Source of the DNA: Lepidodermella squamata
Taxonomy: Eukaryota > Animalia > Gastrotricha
Length of the DNA stretch: 64,000 nucleotides
Assembly (NCBI GenBank): GCA_047495785.1
Contig: JBLDXI010000048.1
Span: 124,001 to 188,000 of the forward strand
Direction: 5' to 3'
The notes beneath the pieces are model-generated. The model was not told the DNA's origin, did not search any database, and worked only from the letters and a program-made list of their open reading frames with translations. Each line of letters starts with the position of its first letter. The stretch's first letter is position 1. The position numbers and the translations under genes are program-made. Positions 35,495 through 48,732 of the stretch are shown in pieces.

Positions 35495-36379
35495 GGCTGA
35501 TTTCCAATAAATTAAATAACTAATATAAATAAATCTACCCTAAAAACAATATAATGAAATCAAGATTTAATTTATAAAACCGTCAAACAAAACCACCAGG
35601 CTATTTAATCCATCAATTTCTAGGCAATATCTAATCATCTGTAAGTATCATAATGAAACGAGGCAAAGTTGGTCGACTAGTAAAGTATAAGAAGGCGGCA
35701 AATTTCCGAAACCAGTAAAACAGAACAAAAAAATATTGCGGCTATATGTACAAAACATCAACGAGGTGATCGTCTGAGACCAGTTTCAAAGGAGCTGAGG
35801 AAGTAGCAATAAATAAAAGAACAATTTGAGGCAAAATTTAATATGCTCATAACTTGAATAACAACAAAGCATTGGCGGCAAGCATCAGTTTCAACCAATT
35901 TATCGTAACGAAGGGTGATTACGGAGATTTTATTCCAAATTAATTCCAAATTAAATAATTAATTAATTCCTCGAAATTCTTGAGAATTTTTCAATTTTTG
36001 CCTGATTTTTCTCAAACGTTTTCACGTTCAATTTCACTCGAATATCGAAACGGCCTCGCGATTCGCCAGAATTACCTTTCGTTACGGTAACTTGAAGACC
36101 AAGGCTTGATTCTTAAAATTTGAACTTCACATGCAAAATTGGAGATTCTCAAAGTAAAACTTGTCAATCAAATCAACTGAAAAAGTCAAATATCTGATTG
36201 AGATTGCAAGAGGAGAGCGTGTTAGACACACGATTAATCATCGTGGAAAGACCAATATTTTGATTCTAAGATACCATGAAAGTATAGTTTAAAATGCGTG
36301 CACAACTATGTCTGTATTTCAGTACAGAGTGAATATGAGCGACTTTTCAAGGAAGTAAAATGAGGCACCTGTGAAACTA

Positions 36380-39300
36380 TCACACCCTGCAAAACGGCGC
36401 CGTCCATTCATAACTCGTCAAATCACAGTTTGATAACACATCCGAAGTAGGATCAATCGAACACGATTGCGAAACAGCCAATTTCGACCCAGTCGGCGAG
36501 CATAGACGAGCGATTTCAGAAAAACGGCCTAAAATCACTGCATTCGAACTGCAATCGCCGGCAATCGATTTACCGATTACCGATTTCGCCAGACCGATCG
36601 GACTCAAAATCCTCGACGACGCCGGATTTACGATTGAAATCAGTGCGAAATTCGGCGATTCGAGTTTCAAATTCGAAACTTGGGTCAAACAATCCGCAGG
36701 CGATGTCGATTCAATCAGCGTGGTTTTCGACGCCACTGAGGCGTGAAAAATCGATTGATCGACGCAGAAAATTCGACGGGCGAAATATGCGCGGTATAAC
36801 GAATTCAATTTCGGGATAATTTCGCGATTTTCCCCGACGAAAATCACCAAAACCGATCGTGAAGGTGCGATTTGGGGTTCGATGACCAAATTCAGGAAAT
36901 TATCGCAAATTTTGTCATTTTCAGGCACGATTTGTTGCAGCTTCGAAACGGCTGGTAACGCCATTTTTTGCTCAATCGGATAAAACTGGACAGATCGAAT
37001 GTCAGATTGCGGCGAGCAATCGACCGAATCTTTCCTCGGCGGAAATTTGTAGCCGATTCGCCGTAGGTCTGAAATCCACGCCCTGGCACTTTTCACGTCG
37101 AAATCCGTTGCGATAATCGAATTAGCGGCTAGATCTTGGTAGATTTGAACGAAACACTCGCCGAAGTCGAACTGGTCGGGGCACGTCCATTTCGACAGGA
37201 ATTCGACCAATCGCCCGGCTGATTGGTACAAATTCAACTCGTCGGCAAAGTCCTTCAGGTAGTCGTGTGGGTTACGGGCCTGGAACGCGTTGGGGGACAC
37301 GTAGCCTTTCCGGCCACCCGCTAGCCACAACATCGGTTGGCCGATATACGCTCGCCAGATATCCGTCTCTCGCATGGCCTAAAATAGAATAGAGCAACAT
37401 TAATTTTTTTTCATCTACTAGTAATTCGAATTTTTGGAAATTTAAAATCCAGAAATCATATTTTTCAGAATTCCGAGTCACAGAGGTCGTGTCTAAAGGC
37501 CATCAATAGTTCTGGACCGAGCGAATTCATTCTGATTCTAATATCTTAAAAAATAGAACTCGATACAACTTTTTGAAAGGTGTTGCGCCCTCTCCAATTG
37601 ACATGGCGATAGTCTGCGATTTGAATTTTGTTCCAGCGATACGACGAATATGTTGCTCGTGGAAATTTATCTCGCAATGAGGTACCCGCGATTCTTCGAT
37701 TTCACACCGATCAGTCATATAACAAGCTGAGGTGGTTCAGAATTACTTTTCACAGTCACTACCTGCGGCGTGGCCCCCTTTTTAATTAAAATAGCCAAAC
37801 TTCCCACGTCTCTATCGCCCGATTTCTAGTACACTATTCTAGAAAACTTTCCTCGGACTGCCGAGATGCTGAAAGCTAAGTTAAAAGCTTCTAAGCAGGC
37901 TGGAATGGGCGGAAATCACGGGGCTAACGCTCTGCAGCCTCGGCATGCTAGACTGGCGGTTCAGTAAGGGCCGTTTGATATGGATAATCCGCGACAATTG
38001 TTAAACCTCGCTCAAGTCTTATTAGTGATTGCAGGTGGGTTACGAACGACCGACGAAATCTTGTCAATACAGACGCGGGACGTAAGCTTTCCTGAGTTGC
38101 TGAATGGCAGCCAGCGAGTGGACGTCAAGCTGCGGCATTGCAAGAAGGATACTGGGGCAGCGAAAGGCCTTAGAAAAAACCACACTTTGTTCACCGTGCA
38201 TTTATGCGACCGCGAATTGAGGTCCGATAGATCATCTACACAATCGTCAAGTTCCGACTCTGTTTTCAGTACTAGGCCTCGAAACTTTTACATAAATTGG
38301 GCTCTTAGCTCTTTTTCCTCTTCATTCTTCTTCAGTAAATTATTTTACCTCGAGCAAAAAAATGTGTGCCATAACGAAGAACAGCCATCTACAGTATTTC
38401 GATTAACTTACAATGTTTTTCGAAAACGGGAAGAACAGCAGAGAAAGCGCATCGTGGGTGATGAGCGTGTTCTGCGAGTTGCTCTGCACGAAGAAGCCGC
38501 GCGGGATGACAATCGACGGCGCGTGGTCGAAGGTCAAGTTGATGGGCGTGGCGTGGTGCTTGCGCGTGAGCCTGAAAATCGCGTCCATGTCCGGGTCGCC
38601 ATTCACGACGCCCTGGATCCAGGCGGGCGGCCGCGCGTCGCACAGTTTGTAGCGGCGCGGCGGCGGGCGGGCGACCTCCGACAGCGGGAAGCCGCGCGGC
38701 CACAGCGACGACTGGCCGAAGTGCGGCAGCGTGTTGATCGCCGGCAGCGAGTACTCGCCCGTCTGAGGGTCCGGCACCAGCGCCCTAACAACTTCAGCTT
38801 TGACGGCTTTACTAGCTGCGGCGTCGTTGCCAGACAGCTCCAGCATCGACTTCAAGTCATCCGTCGGGTGATTGTCGTCATCTAGAAAATGCATAATGAT
38901 TCATTCCAAATGAAGAAAAACGTCTGTCCAAGCGGTTCTCCCAGCTTCATGGGCTGGACAGATTATTGATACCTATAAATCACGATCGCAGATCGCGTTT
39001 CCTTTCACACAATCAGCCTTGCGAACGTCAAGAACCAAGTGGCCAAGTGTTACCTTGAAATCACCGATAAATGTGAGAACCTCTCATTTTTATCAAAACA
39101 GAAGTCTAGTCCGTATTCTGCAATTAGTTCAATGCGGAGGAATACGGGGTTTCTAGGTGCGACAAGGAGCAACATGTCATCGATATCGAAATTGCAGCGA
39201 CTCCAATGCTCAAATTGGATTATGCTTCGACATCCGAGTAAAGTTATTGACTATCGCTGATACAAGTATTCATCCGCAAACTATCAAACTTTCCGCATTT

Positions 39301-40818
39301 ATTACACTACATGCAGTTCTTAAATCAGACCCGTTAGGAAACGCATCCTGGGCGGATATCGATAACACTATCGACGCCGTACAAGATGCATTCTTTAAGC
39401 TTGCTTTGATGATTTGGGTTGCTTCAACAAATGGATGGTGATTTTATAAGCCAAGAACCCCCCAAACCTGTACCATAAGACATTCCACGCCAGTTAAAAA
39501 TTGAAGCATTTCATCCCAAATGAGCGCAAAGTTCTACACATAAACAGCTTCGGCTAAAGCTCGTTACGCTCGCACACTGAGCCATAACCGGATTAGAAGG
39601 TTCGCGAGAGAGCGCAATTTGTTCTCTCGCGCAGCTGGCAGGTCAGATGTACTACTTCAACGCTGAATGGATGGGTGATCAAATGACGGCAATGCTACTT
39701 GTTTCTATTACAAAGATGAGGGCTCAAGATCCGCTCGGAGAACCTCTCAAATCCATCCTTTCTCTTCCATCGCGCCAAATTTTACAGCTTTCATAACTAT
39801 ACCCTAATGTCAACCCATTTCGAACTTCAAAACGTCGATTTGGCTCAAGGCGAGTAGAGGAGGCGTGGCACTATACCATTCTGGAACCTGGAACCAAAGC
39901 AGAAGTCGAATCCGCAAAATCGATAAAGGACAGCGAGACAAGGCTACTGCGCCGGTAGATGGAGCAACCGCAAATTTACAGTTTTCATAACTAGACCCTA
40001 ATGTCAACCCATTTCGAACTTCAAAACGTCGATTTGACTCAAGGCGAGGAGAGGAGGCACGTCTTCAGAAAAAGAGTTTTGGCATACAGTACAGACTGAC
40101 AGAAAACAGGCCCGAAAACGCCGAAAATTTAGGGGGAAAGGGGGGAAAAATCGGAACAAATTAATTTCAAAAACCTCATTTTCGGTGGCGGACCTTTTTC
40201 GGGTATACTCAACGAACCTGTATCGTAGATCATCTTCGCGCCATGCTGAATGGCGAACAAGTAGCCGATGTTCTTGATCGAGTACGTCTTCCAGCGTTGG
40301 TACGCCAGCAGGTTGTAGCCGAGCGTCTGCGCCTCGTCGTGCGACAAGAAGCGCACGCCCTGCGGCGCCGGCCACTCCTTCGGACTCGACTTGTCGCCGA
40401 CGACCAACACGCGCCAGCCGAATCGCGACAGCTTGCCCAACAGCTTCACGTCCTCGGTCGGCGGTTGGATCGACGTGACCACGATCCACCGATCTGACAA
40501 CTGCTCGCCAGGCAACGGCGATAAAGGCGCCGTCTTCAACTCATCGTCCAAAATCGGCACACCCAACGGACTAGGGGCTGCAGGTTTAGCCCAGCTGTAA
40601 GGCGTTATCGAGGCAATTTTCCGCCTCAAATCGGTTAGGTACGATTTCGACTGTTCAACTTTTCTGCGCACATCTGTAGGCCGGACGACGATGAGGTAGA
40701 AGCAGATGAACATGAAAGTGAACACAACGCCGACTATGATGTAGGGCGTGCTAAGACGTCGCAGGCATAACGCGACGCTTTTTCGCACACTCATCGGTTT
40801 ATCTTTCATGAGATTCAA
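36380..40818 (-). CDS. STELLO/DUF288 glycosyltransferase, paralog B (exons about 40818-40218, 38881-38412, 37378-36380)
   Basis: Same motif series; YDT/DDDNH and FPFSKNI/AMRETDIW joined by canonical GT-AG introns; the ATG start is probably near 40809. Confidence 0.88.
39776..40060. repeat. About 90-bp direct duplication (39776-39866 and 39972-40060) in paralog B intron 1
   Basis: CAAATT(T)TACAG..TTCATAACTA.ACCCTAATGTCAACCCATTTCGAACTTCAAAACGTCGATTTG.CTCAAGGCGAG.AGAGGAGGC occurs twice. Confidence 0.9.
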
Positions 40819-41100
40819 ATATTACAACAAAAATACCTAAAATAGAACAGAAAATGTTGTAAGAAAATTATTCATTCCCCTTGAGCGTACAAAAATCGGT
40901 AATCAAACAACCACGGCTAGAGAGATAGAAGATTTCACGCAATCATCAAATTTCAAATTTTGTCGCAGAAAAACACTGCCGAAAACTCTTCTAGAATATA
41001 AAGCACGAATAAAATCTGATGAAAATATCAATTGCACAGGATAGATCAAGACTGATAAAATATATGCACCATAATAATCAAGATAAATGTCAACCCGAAA

Positions 41101-44100
41101 TCAAGCACTATTGCGGCAGAAAGGCATTGAGGAGGAAGGTGACTCAAGTAAAGCTCTACAACTGGATAGCAGCTCAGCGCCGGTCGACGGCGAAAATTGG
41201 CAATTCGAGGTAACAACTGCAAGTTCGGCATTCGAACACAACTTTTCACCACTAATCGATTGATCATTAGCAACATTTTTCAACATTTCCTTCAATTTCG
41301 ATGAACCAATCGAAACAAATGAAGGATTTGATTTCTCACTGCAAAATACAGTCGAATCGCGGAAATTCGCAATTTTCGACATTACAGCTGGGCTAATTAA
41401 TTGATCGAAATTAGAAAAATCTAGAAGTGATATTGATTTTGATTCCGAATTCAAGGAAACAATTTGCCGCAAGCAATCAATCGGCGAGGATGATTCAATG
41501 ATTGATACCTCCAAATTCGGTTGATGGGTCAAATCGCTCGATTCGACACAATAAAATCGACGAGCGAAAAATGGAGAATAAATCCGATTTAAATTCGGAA
41601 TATTTTTCTCACTCTTCCCCAGCCAAATGGCGAAAATCGATATTTCAGAGGCAATCATGGGTTGATCGAATTGATCGGGACAAATCGATTTTTCCGATGA
41701 TTCAGGCAATCGATTCAGCTTCGATTTTGCTGGCAGGGCGAATGGCTGCTCGATGGGGTAGAATTGAACTGATCGAATCGAACCCGAACAATCCGAGTCG
41801 GCCGATTTCCGCTTCGGGAATTCAAAATTCATGCGTCGCAGGTCTGAAATCCACGCCTGAGCACTTTTCACATCAAATTCCGTTGCGACAATCGAACTAG
41901 CGGCTAGATCTTGGTAGATCTTAATAAAGCACCCGCCAAAATCGAACTGGTCCGGGCACGTCCATTTCGATAGGAATTCGACCAATCGCCCGGCTGATTG
42001 GTACAAGTTCAGCTCGTCGGCGAAGTCCTTCAGGTAGTCGTGGGGATTGCGGGCCTGGAACGCGTTGGGCGACACGTAGCCTTTGCGGCCGCCGGCTAGC
42101 CACAGCATCGGTTGGCCGATGTACGCCCGCCAGATATCAGTCTCTCGCATGGACTAAAAAATTATATAAAAAAATTGTTCAATTGAAAATCACGGAAATG
42201 GAGAAAATTTGTCAATATATTTGCAAAAGATCTGAAGCTCGCTATTATTCTGATATTTGATACCCGTCAACAACCGTTTAATCGATTTAATCGATTATTT
42301 CAACTCGAGAATACTGACAGTATAATAGAGAAACGGTTCAGTTTGTGCTCCGTAAGTTGAACTATTCCTCAAGTTTCCTCCTAACGATACTATACAGGTA
42401 AATTGGTTGCGTTCGACATTGGTAAGCACAACTACACTGAACTTCTTCATGCATCGAATCCGGCGGCGAGCAGGCATTCAAATCGATCAAATACACCAGC
42501 TGCTCTCTTCGCAAGTACACCACACGAGCGACGAGTTCATCAAAGGCATCGACTACTTGTGCTCCCACCTGAACACATTGAGAATCTGAATGAGAATCTT
42601 TAGGCCACGGTTGTGGCGTTCGCAATTCTATTGCGCTGTGATGTTCTGAGAAGAGACGATAGCGAAGAATTAGGCGAGTCTTTTTTCTAGTAAACCTCTT
42701 GTCAGAATGTCAGCTGAATTTCGGAATCGTCTTCTAACACTTCTGCTGATTTTACTTCTCTGTTGAAGCAATCACCTCGCACTCGACGGAACTATCGGCC
42801 AAAAGCCAAGTTTTTCGCCGATGCCCTTGGATAAGAGGATTTTATCGCTAGTAACAGTTGGCTAGTAACGAAGCCGGCTTGTTCACGAAGGAATTTCGTT
42901 ATATTAGAAGTCTCATTCGATATTTTGGTCATTTTTGACTATTAAAAACTTCGCTACTCTCATTCTAATTCGCCCCGTTAGATGAGAAGGGTCAGGATTC
43001 AACCCCTACCTACCAAATAAACTAGTTTGGATCTCTCAGTGCCGCACCGATTTGGAATACCCAATCAATTGCATTCTTAAGAATAGCTATTTCGATCAAA
43101 TCAACTTACAATGTTCCAATGTTACATTTTAAGCAGTTTATATTTGCTTATAACAAGTGATAAAGGGGATCCCGCTGCTTTGATCCCGAAGAGAATCGCT
43201 ATCTGCACTTGCCTTCCAGGTATGTCAGCAATCATTCGCATCATATCGGCTATCACTGGATATTATCATCAACGCTTCACATCGAAGCACTGTCTCGCGT
43301 CGTATGGAGCAACGACAGCGAGACCCCAAAGGGTAACTACGCCTTCCTTATCTCTCCACACTAATGGACCGTTACAGGACCTACTGGGCTGATGAAAAGG
43401 GCCGCATCACAAATAACACGCTTGCTGCATGTCCACCACTGCCACCTCTGCCCCCTGTTCCTGGAAGGGGCATGCAAATCGTTAACACTTAAGTCAAATC
43501 GTCTCGCGGTGAAAGATGCTTTGCGCCAGTGCGCTACCTCCTGGTGTCATAAGCTGCGATGAGCCCTTTCAGCTTTCTTAAATATCACACATTTCTCATC
43601 ATAAATGTGTCGGTTCTCTAGGTGATGGTACCGTATTTCGAACTGAGAAAGATCCACATTATCGGATGAATTTCGACTTTCTTCAGTAGAAGACGAGGAT
43701 AGCTACGAAACTGAATATTTGGCTGCAGAAAGGCTCGCCGCAACTTGGAGCGCCGGTCTTTGCTAACTTCAATGCCGAGAAAGTAACCGGTATTCTCCAC
43801 TAAGTTAGCCGTTAAATATCAAGCAAATAATAATTCTTTCATAGTCTAATTTTGCAAATAGGTCTCTTTGTGACGACTGGATTGTCTAAACATACTGACG
43901 CCTTGTCGTGCCCTTTCTGCGCCTGCTATTTCGCCGAGTAAAAACCAACAATTTCTTCACCGTGTATTTATACGACCGCGAATTTTGGTGAGATAGCTCA
44001 TCTGCCGATCCGTCAGCGCGAATGACCGTAGTTAATGTGTTTAAAAAGCTTATGGAGATGGTGCAAAAGTAAACAAAACGATGGTTTATAGTCCAATAAC

Positions 44101-47100
44101 TTCCCACCTGAGTGGTACAATTTTTGTAGCCCTGCTCTGTAGCATGATCAAAACAAATTAAAATGACGATTGTGGCAGCGTGTCGTAGATCAACATGTCG
44201 TTGGGTCGAAATGTTACGTTAGGCCAAGGTGTCTCATTTACTCATTTACCTTATTTTTTAGTTATTCCTCCTCATGAAAAATTTTTTTACCTCGAGCAAC
44301 AAAAATGTGAGCCATAACGGAAACAAGCCGTATACAGTATTTCGATTAACTTACAATGTTCTTCGAAAACGGGAAGAACAGCAGAGAAAGCGCGTCGTGG
44401 GTGATGAGCGTGTTCTGCGAGTTGCTCTGGACGAAGAAGCCGCGCGGGATGACGATCGACGGCGCGTGGTCGAAGGTCAAGTTGATGGGCGTGGCGTGGT
44501 GCTTGCGCGTGAGCCTGAAAATGGCGTCCATGTCCGGGTCGCCATTCACGACGCCCTGGATCCAGGCGGGCGGCCGCGCGTCGCACAGTTTGTAGCGGCG
44601 CGGCGGCGGCCGGGCGACCTCGGACAGCGGGAAGCCGCGCGGCCACAGCGACGACTGGCCGAAGTGCGGCAGCGTGTTGATCGCCGGCAGCGAGTACTCG
44701 CCCGTCTGCGGGTCCGGCACCAGCGCCCGAACAGCTTCAGCTTTGCCATTGCCAGACAGCTCCAACATCGACTTCAAGTCATCCGTCGGGTGATTGTCGT
44801 CGTCTAGAATAAAGAATAACAGCTAGGTTAAAATATTAACACTTGGAATATCTAACTAGTGCATTCCGAATTTCTGGAATTTCAGGTTTCAAACATTTTG
44901 ATAGCATAATCAATCATTGACTCGTCTCTGGTAGATTGCTAATACTTTGTATCTTTCACCCTTAGATAGCTGTTTACTCTAACTAACCCAGTACCATAAT
45001 ATCTTCACAGCTCATGGGCCCAGCGATGCCTGTTATTAACGTACCTCCCGAAGTAATCCCTCACGAGTGACTTTATTTATTGGTCAGGAGCCTTTAAACA
45101 ATACCTGCGGCACCCCCATCGTGGTCAAGCACATATCGTTAGCGACGTTGAATAACTCGGATTTAGGCTTGTTTACATCCGTTTCAAGGTGAGGGGTGAC
45201 AAGTAAATAGTAGAGTTTTTTAACATGAACGAAGAGGCAAAACAAGAGACTTTTTAGTTGTCACCTCTAACCTTGAAACACATGTAAACAGGCCTAAATC
45301 CGAGTTATTCAACGTTGCTAACGATATCTGAAAGCGCATTTTCGAGGGGCGCTATTGACACGAAGAATGATTGGGAACACCGTGATTCAACAATACGTGT
45401 GCTGATGGTTCATCTAATTTCATTATATCGTAACCCCCAAGGCTACGGCTATGGCACGGTGGGAAGTCTTGAAGGCTATTGTCGACACTGCATCCTTGGT
45501 CAGAAAGTACCGAGCTATCATGATAATCTAGATGGGTCATTTGACTCCGGAGGGTTATGTCTGTGCTTTCGTTAAGTTAGTTGAGGCTTCACGGACGACT
45601 TCGACCTGTCACGTGTCGGTTACTTCTGAAGTAACTGACGAAGAAAGCGACGATTTGGTAGCAATGAATCAAGAAATCAACTCGTATACGAAATTGCGTA
45701 TCCTGTCACATTCACTCAGCTCAAGCAAACGTCGTAGGCGCTGGCCGGGCGCAGGTGACCCAAGCAAACGTGATGCCTCTTCGCGGCGCTGCTGATAAAA
45801 ACGGCGACAACTCAAAGGGATTGCTCATGGCGCACGCAAGTAATCAAAAGCCCTTGCAGGAAATGCGTCGAGGGATGGAAGACTACCTACAACGGCTACA
45901 AACACCGCTCCGTCCCTCTTGGATCCAGCTCGGTCCAGTATCACAGGAACGGAGTCCCCATAAGGCGCATCGACGACTGAACCTTGTGAACAGGAGTTGA
46001 GCGACAGCGAGAGCATCGAACGTCGCGAACACGGGTTGGTAGCTGTTGAGCACAAGCCCTGCGACATGTGTGCAGATTCCGCAGGTCTAATAAAAAAACT
46101 CTTCCGTTTGCCGCGAACAGGAAAATTTGCAGGAGTTGTCAGGCAGGCTCTGCGCATACACAAAAAATATTTGTCGAAAAACGAAACGAAATGTGGCGCG
46201 GAAGTCGCAGATGGCGTCTCAAATGACCCTGATGGCGCCTCTGGCAGCAAACGCAGGGCAAAGCGCAAGACTGCTGAAGAAAACTCAGTCGGCTCGAAGA
46301 AGCAGCGCGCTAAAATAGGCGAGAGCTAAAGGTTAATTATTAACTTTTATATTTCATCGAGCAAATTAATGCAATCATATCTTAGCTCTTCGGGAAAGGG
46401 CGAAATGCCCAATTAAAAGTGGAAGGCTTTCGCATTCAGACAGAACGCAGTGTGGAGTTTTTAGCATGAAAAACGGCGAAGTCGTTGTGAAAGAACTCCG
46501 GCCTAATGGAATCGCGGTGTTCAAATGTAAGCTGACACGGTGTCGAATTTGTAATCAAGAGAAGTGTAACCACTGGCCCGAAGGCTTTGCCGATTCACTG
46601 CCTTGTGAAGGGCTGCAGAAAGACCTACGTCAGAATATTTCACTGGTGTAATCACGTGGCGAGCTGCCATTCACAGGTTAAAATGGAAACGAACGAGTCA
46701 ATGGAGGTTCAGTCTCTGAGTGTCTGAGCCCGGTGTGAAGCAGGACGTTCCACCTGTCTGCCCCGAATGTGGTCATAAGACCCCGACGATAAAGGCAATG
46801 CAAAATCATTGTAGCTCACACCATCAGCTCTACTTTTCAACTGGCCAACCAAGTCGTGTCAAAGCTAGCAAGGTAACTTGCGTCCGGAAAGGTGCGTTCC
46901 GTAACAGCGCCCAGTCCACGATCCCGGTGAACCTGCTCGGTGCGATCATCTCTGAAAATGCATCTGCATCGGCTGGAGTCGAAAACAGAATAAGTCGGGC
47001 AAGAGCGCTTCTCACAAAGCTGCGTCCGATACTTTTACGAGTGCTGGGAAAAACGACTAAAAATGATTTGGCCTGGCTCCAAAAGTTCCACCCTGCGCAG

Positions 47101-48607
47101 CCTTCATTTGAAGCGCGGCTCTCTGGTCTCAAAACTGCTGTCTTAAAGAAATCCGGCTACGTTTAAAAGGATCAAAAGTACCTGATCGTGGCGGTAGCTT
47201 CGGCTCCAAGGCTTGTGTACCTTATGCTCGGCCTCAGCCGCGGAGGGTATCACTTCCAGGGTTCTTTCGAAAATATAACTTTTGATGAAACTCAAGTGCT
47301 GGAAATAATCGCTAATCTGTCTGACTCCTACGTTTGTCCCGACTCTTCGAAATCAACTTATGACACCCTTCAAAAATATTTAAAATATATTTTGAATTTT
47401 GAAAACAGCGCCATTTCTGCTGTTGGCGAGATGCACCAGTCACTCCTATACCGAAGAAAGGAAATTCAAAAATACTGCCGATTATCTCTCTCACTTAGAC
47501 CCCGTGCCGGATCTTTGAATCCATTATTCGTAACAGCATTCCCGATTTTCAACTATACCACAAAAGAACAACATGGCTTAATGATGGAAAAATCAACATC
47601 CACGCAAATGCTCGAATGCTTGTACGACTGGAGTTATGTCATTGATAAAAATGAATGTGGGAATAGAATTCGCTGAAGCGTTTGATTCTGAGAGTCACAG
47701 AAGAGCTACTACAAAATCTTGAGGCTATCGAAGTGCGGGGCAAATTAATAAAATGGATCAGTGCATTCTTGATGAAACAAATCAACAAGTAAATAATGCT
47801 CTTAGTGAATCTTCTAAAGTCATGAGTGGAGTACCACAGGGTTCCGTTGTGGTACCTCTTCTTCTTCTTATTTGCATTAACGATATTGTTATAAATCTTC
47901 CCGATAGCCTTCAAATGAAACTCTTCTCAGACGACTGCAAAGTGTACATGGTTTTCCCGCTTGAAAACTAACAAAATTTCTCTCGTATTCGCTTTCAAAC
48001 GCTTTCAAAATATTGGTGAATGATCTAGGCAATGTCTTTTAACAACAACGACAGCCAAAATTTCATTGTAAATAAAAAAAAAAGTGATCGGTAAATTTTC
48101 CAGCGTACCAGTGTCGTAGATCATTTTCGCGCCGTGCTGAATGGCGAACAAGTAGCCGATGTTCTTGATCGAGTAGGTCTTCCAGCGCTGATACGCCAGC
48201 AGGTTGTAACCGAGCGTCTGCGCCTCGTCGTGCGACAAGAAGCGAACGCCCTGTGGCGCCGGCCACTCCTTCGGGCTCGACTTGTCGCCGACGACCAGCA
48301 CGCGCCAGCCGAATCGCGACAACTTGCCCAGCAGCTTCACGTCCTCGGTCGGCGGCTGGATCGACGTGACCACGATCCACCGATCCGACAACTGCTCACC
48401 AGGCAACGGCGATAGAGCGTCGATCCGCAGCGGTTTTTCATTGACCGAAACCGGTTTTCCGACAATATCAGTGATTTTATCGAGTTTCGATAGATTGTCA
48501 ATAGCTTTCGAGCCAAACAAGAGGTAGCCGAATAAAATGGTGAAGATGAGGCCGGTTAGAAAGAAGCATAGTACCCGCAAATTGACAGCCGGAAATTTCG
48601 GGGCCAT
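41101..48607 (-). CDS. STELLO/DUF288 glycosyltransferase, paralog C (exons about 48607-48109, 44803-44355, 42153-41101)
   Basis: Catalytic region nearly identical to paralog B; same two intron positions. Confidence 0.88.
45133..45327. mobile_element. Hairpin MITE (about 195 bp, about 75-bp arms)
   Basis: ATATCGTTAGCGACGTTGAATAACTCGGATTTAGGC...GCCTAAATCCGAGTTATTCAACGTTGCTAACGATAT. Confidence 0.88.
46720..47166 (+). mobile_element. TE-derived ORF fragment: C2H2 finger fused to an RTE-LINE-like segment
   Basis: CPECG...MQNHCSSHH followed by GVENRISRARALLTKL. Confidence 0.45.
47590..47971 (+). mobile_element. LINE (CR1/Jockey-like) reverse-transcriptase fragment
   Basis: SGVPQGSVVVPLLLLICINDI...KLFSDDCKVY. 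Confidence 0.85.
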
Positions 48608-48732
48608 CCACTCATCGGTGTTGGTTTTCTCTCAATTAAAGCCCCTATTTAATTCAAATAATTGAAATTAAAGCTTATAATTACTATTTTTCCAAATAAA
48701 ATTGAGCCGCAACAATGGAATTTTTCTGCCTA

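Noticed and set aside
37980-38885. 301-aa plus-strand ORF, and the similar one at 44274-44807
   Set aside because: Antisense open frames caused by the very high GC3 of STELLO exon 2.
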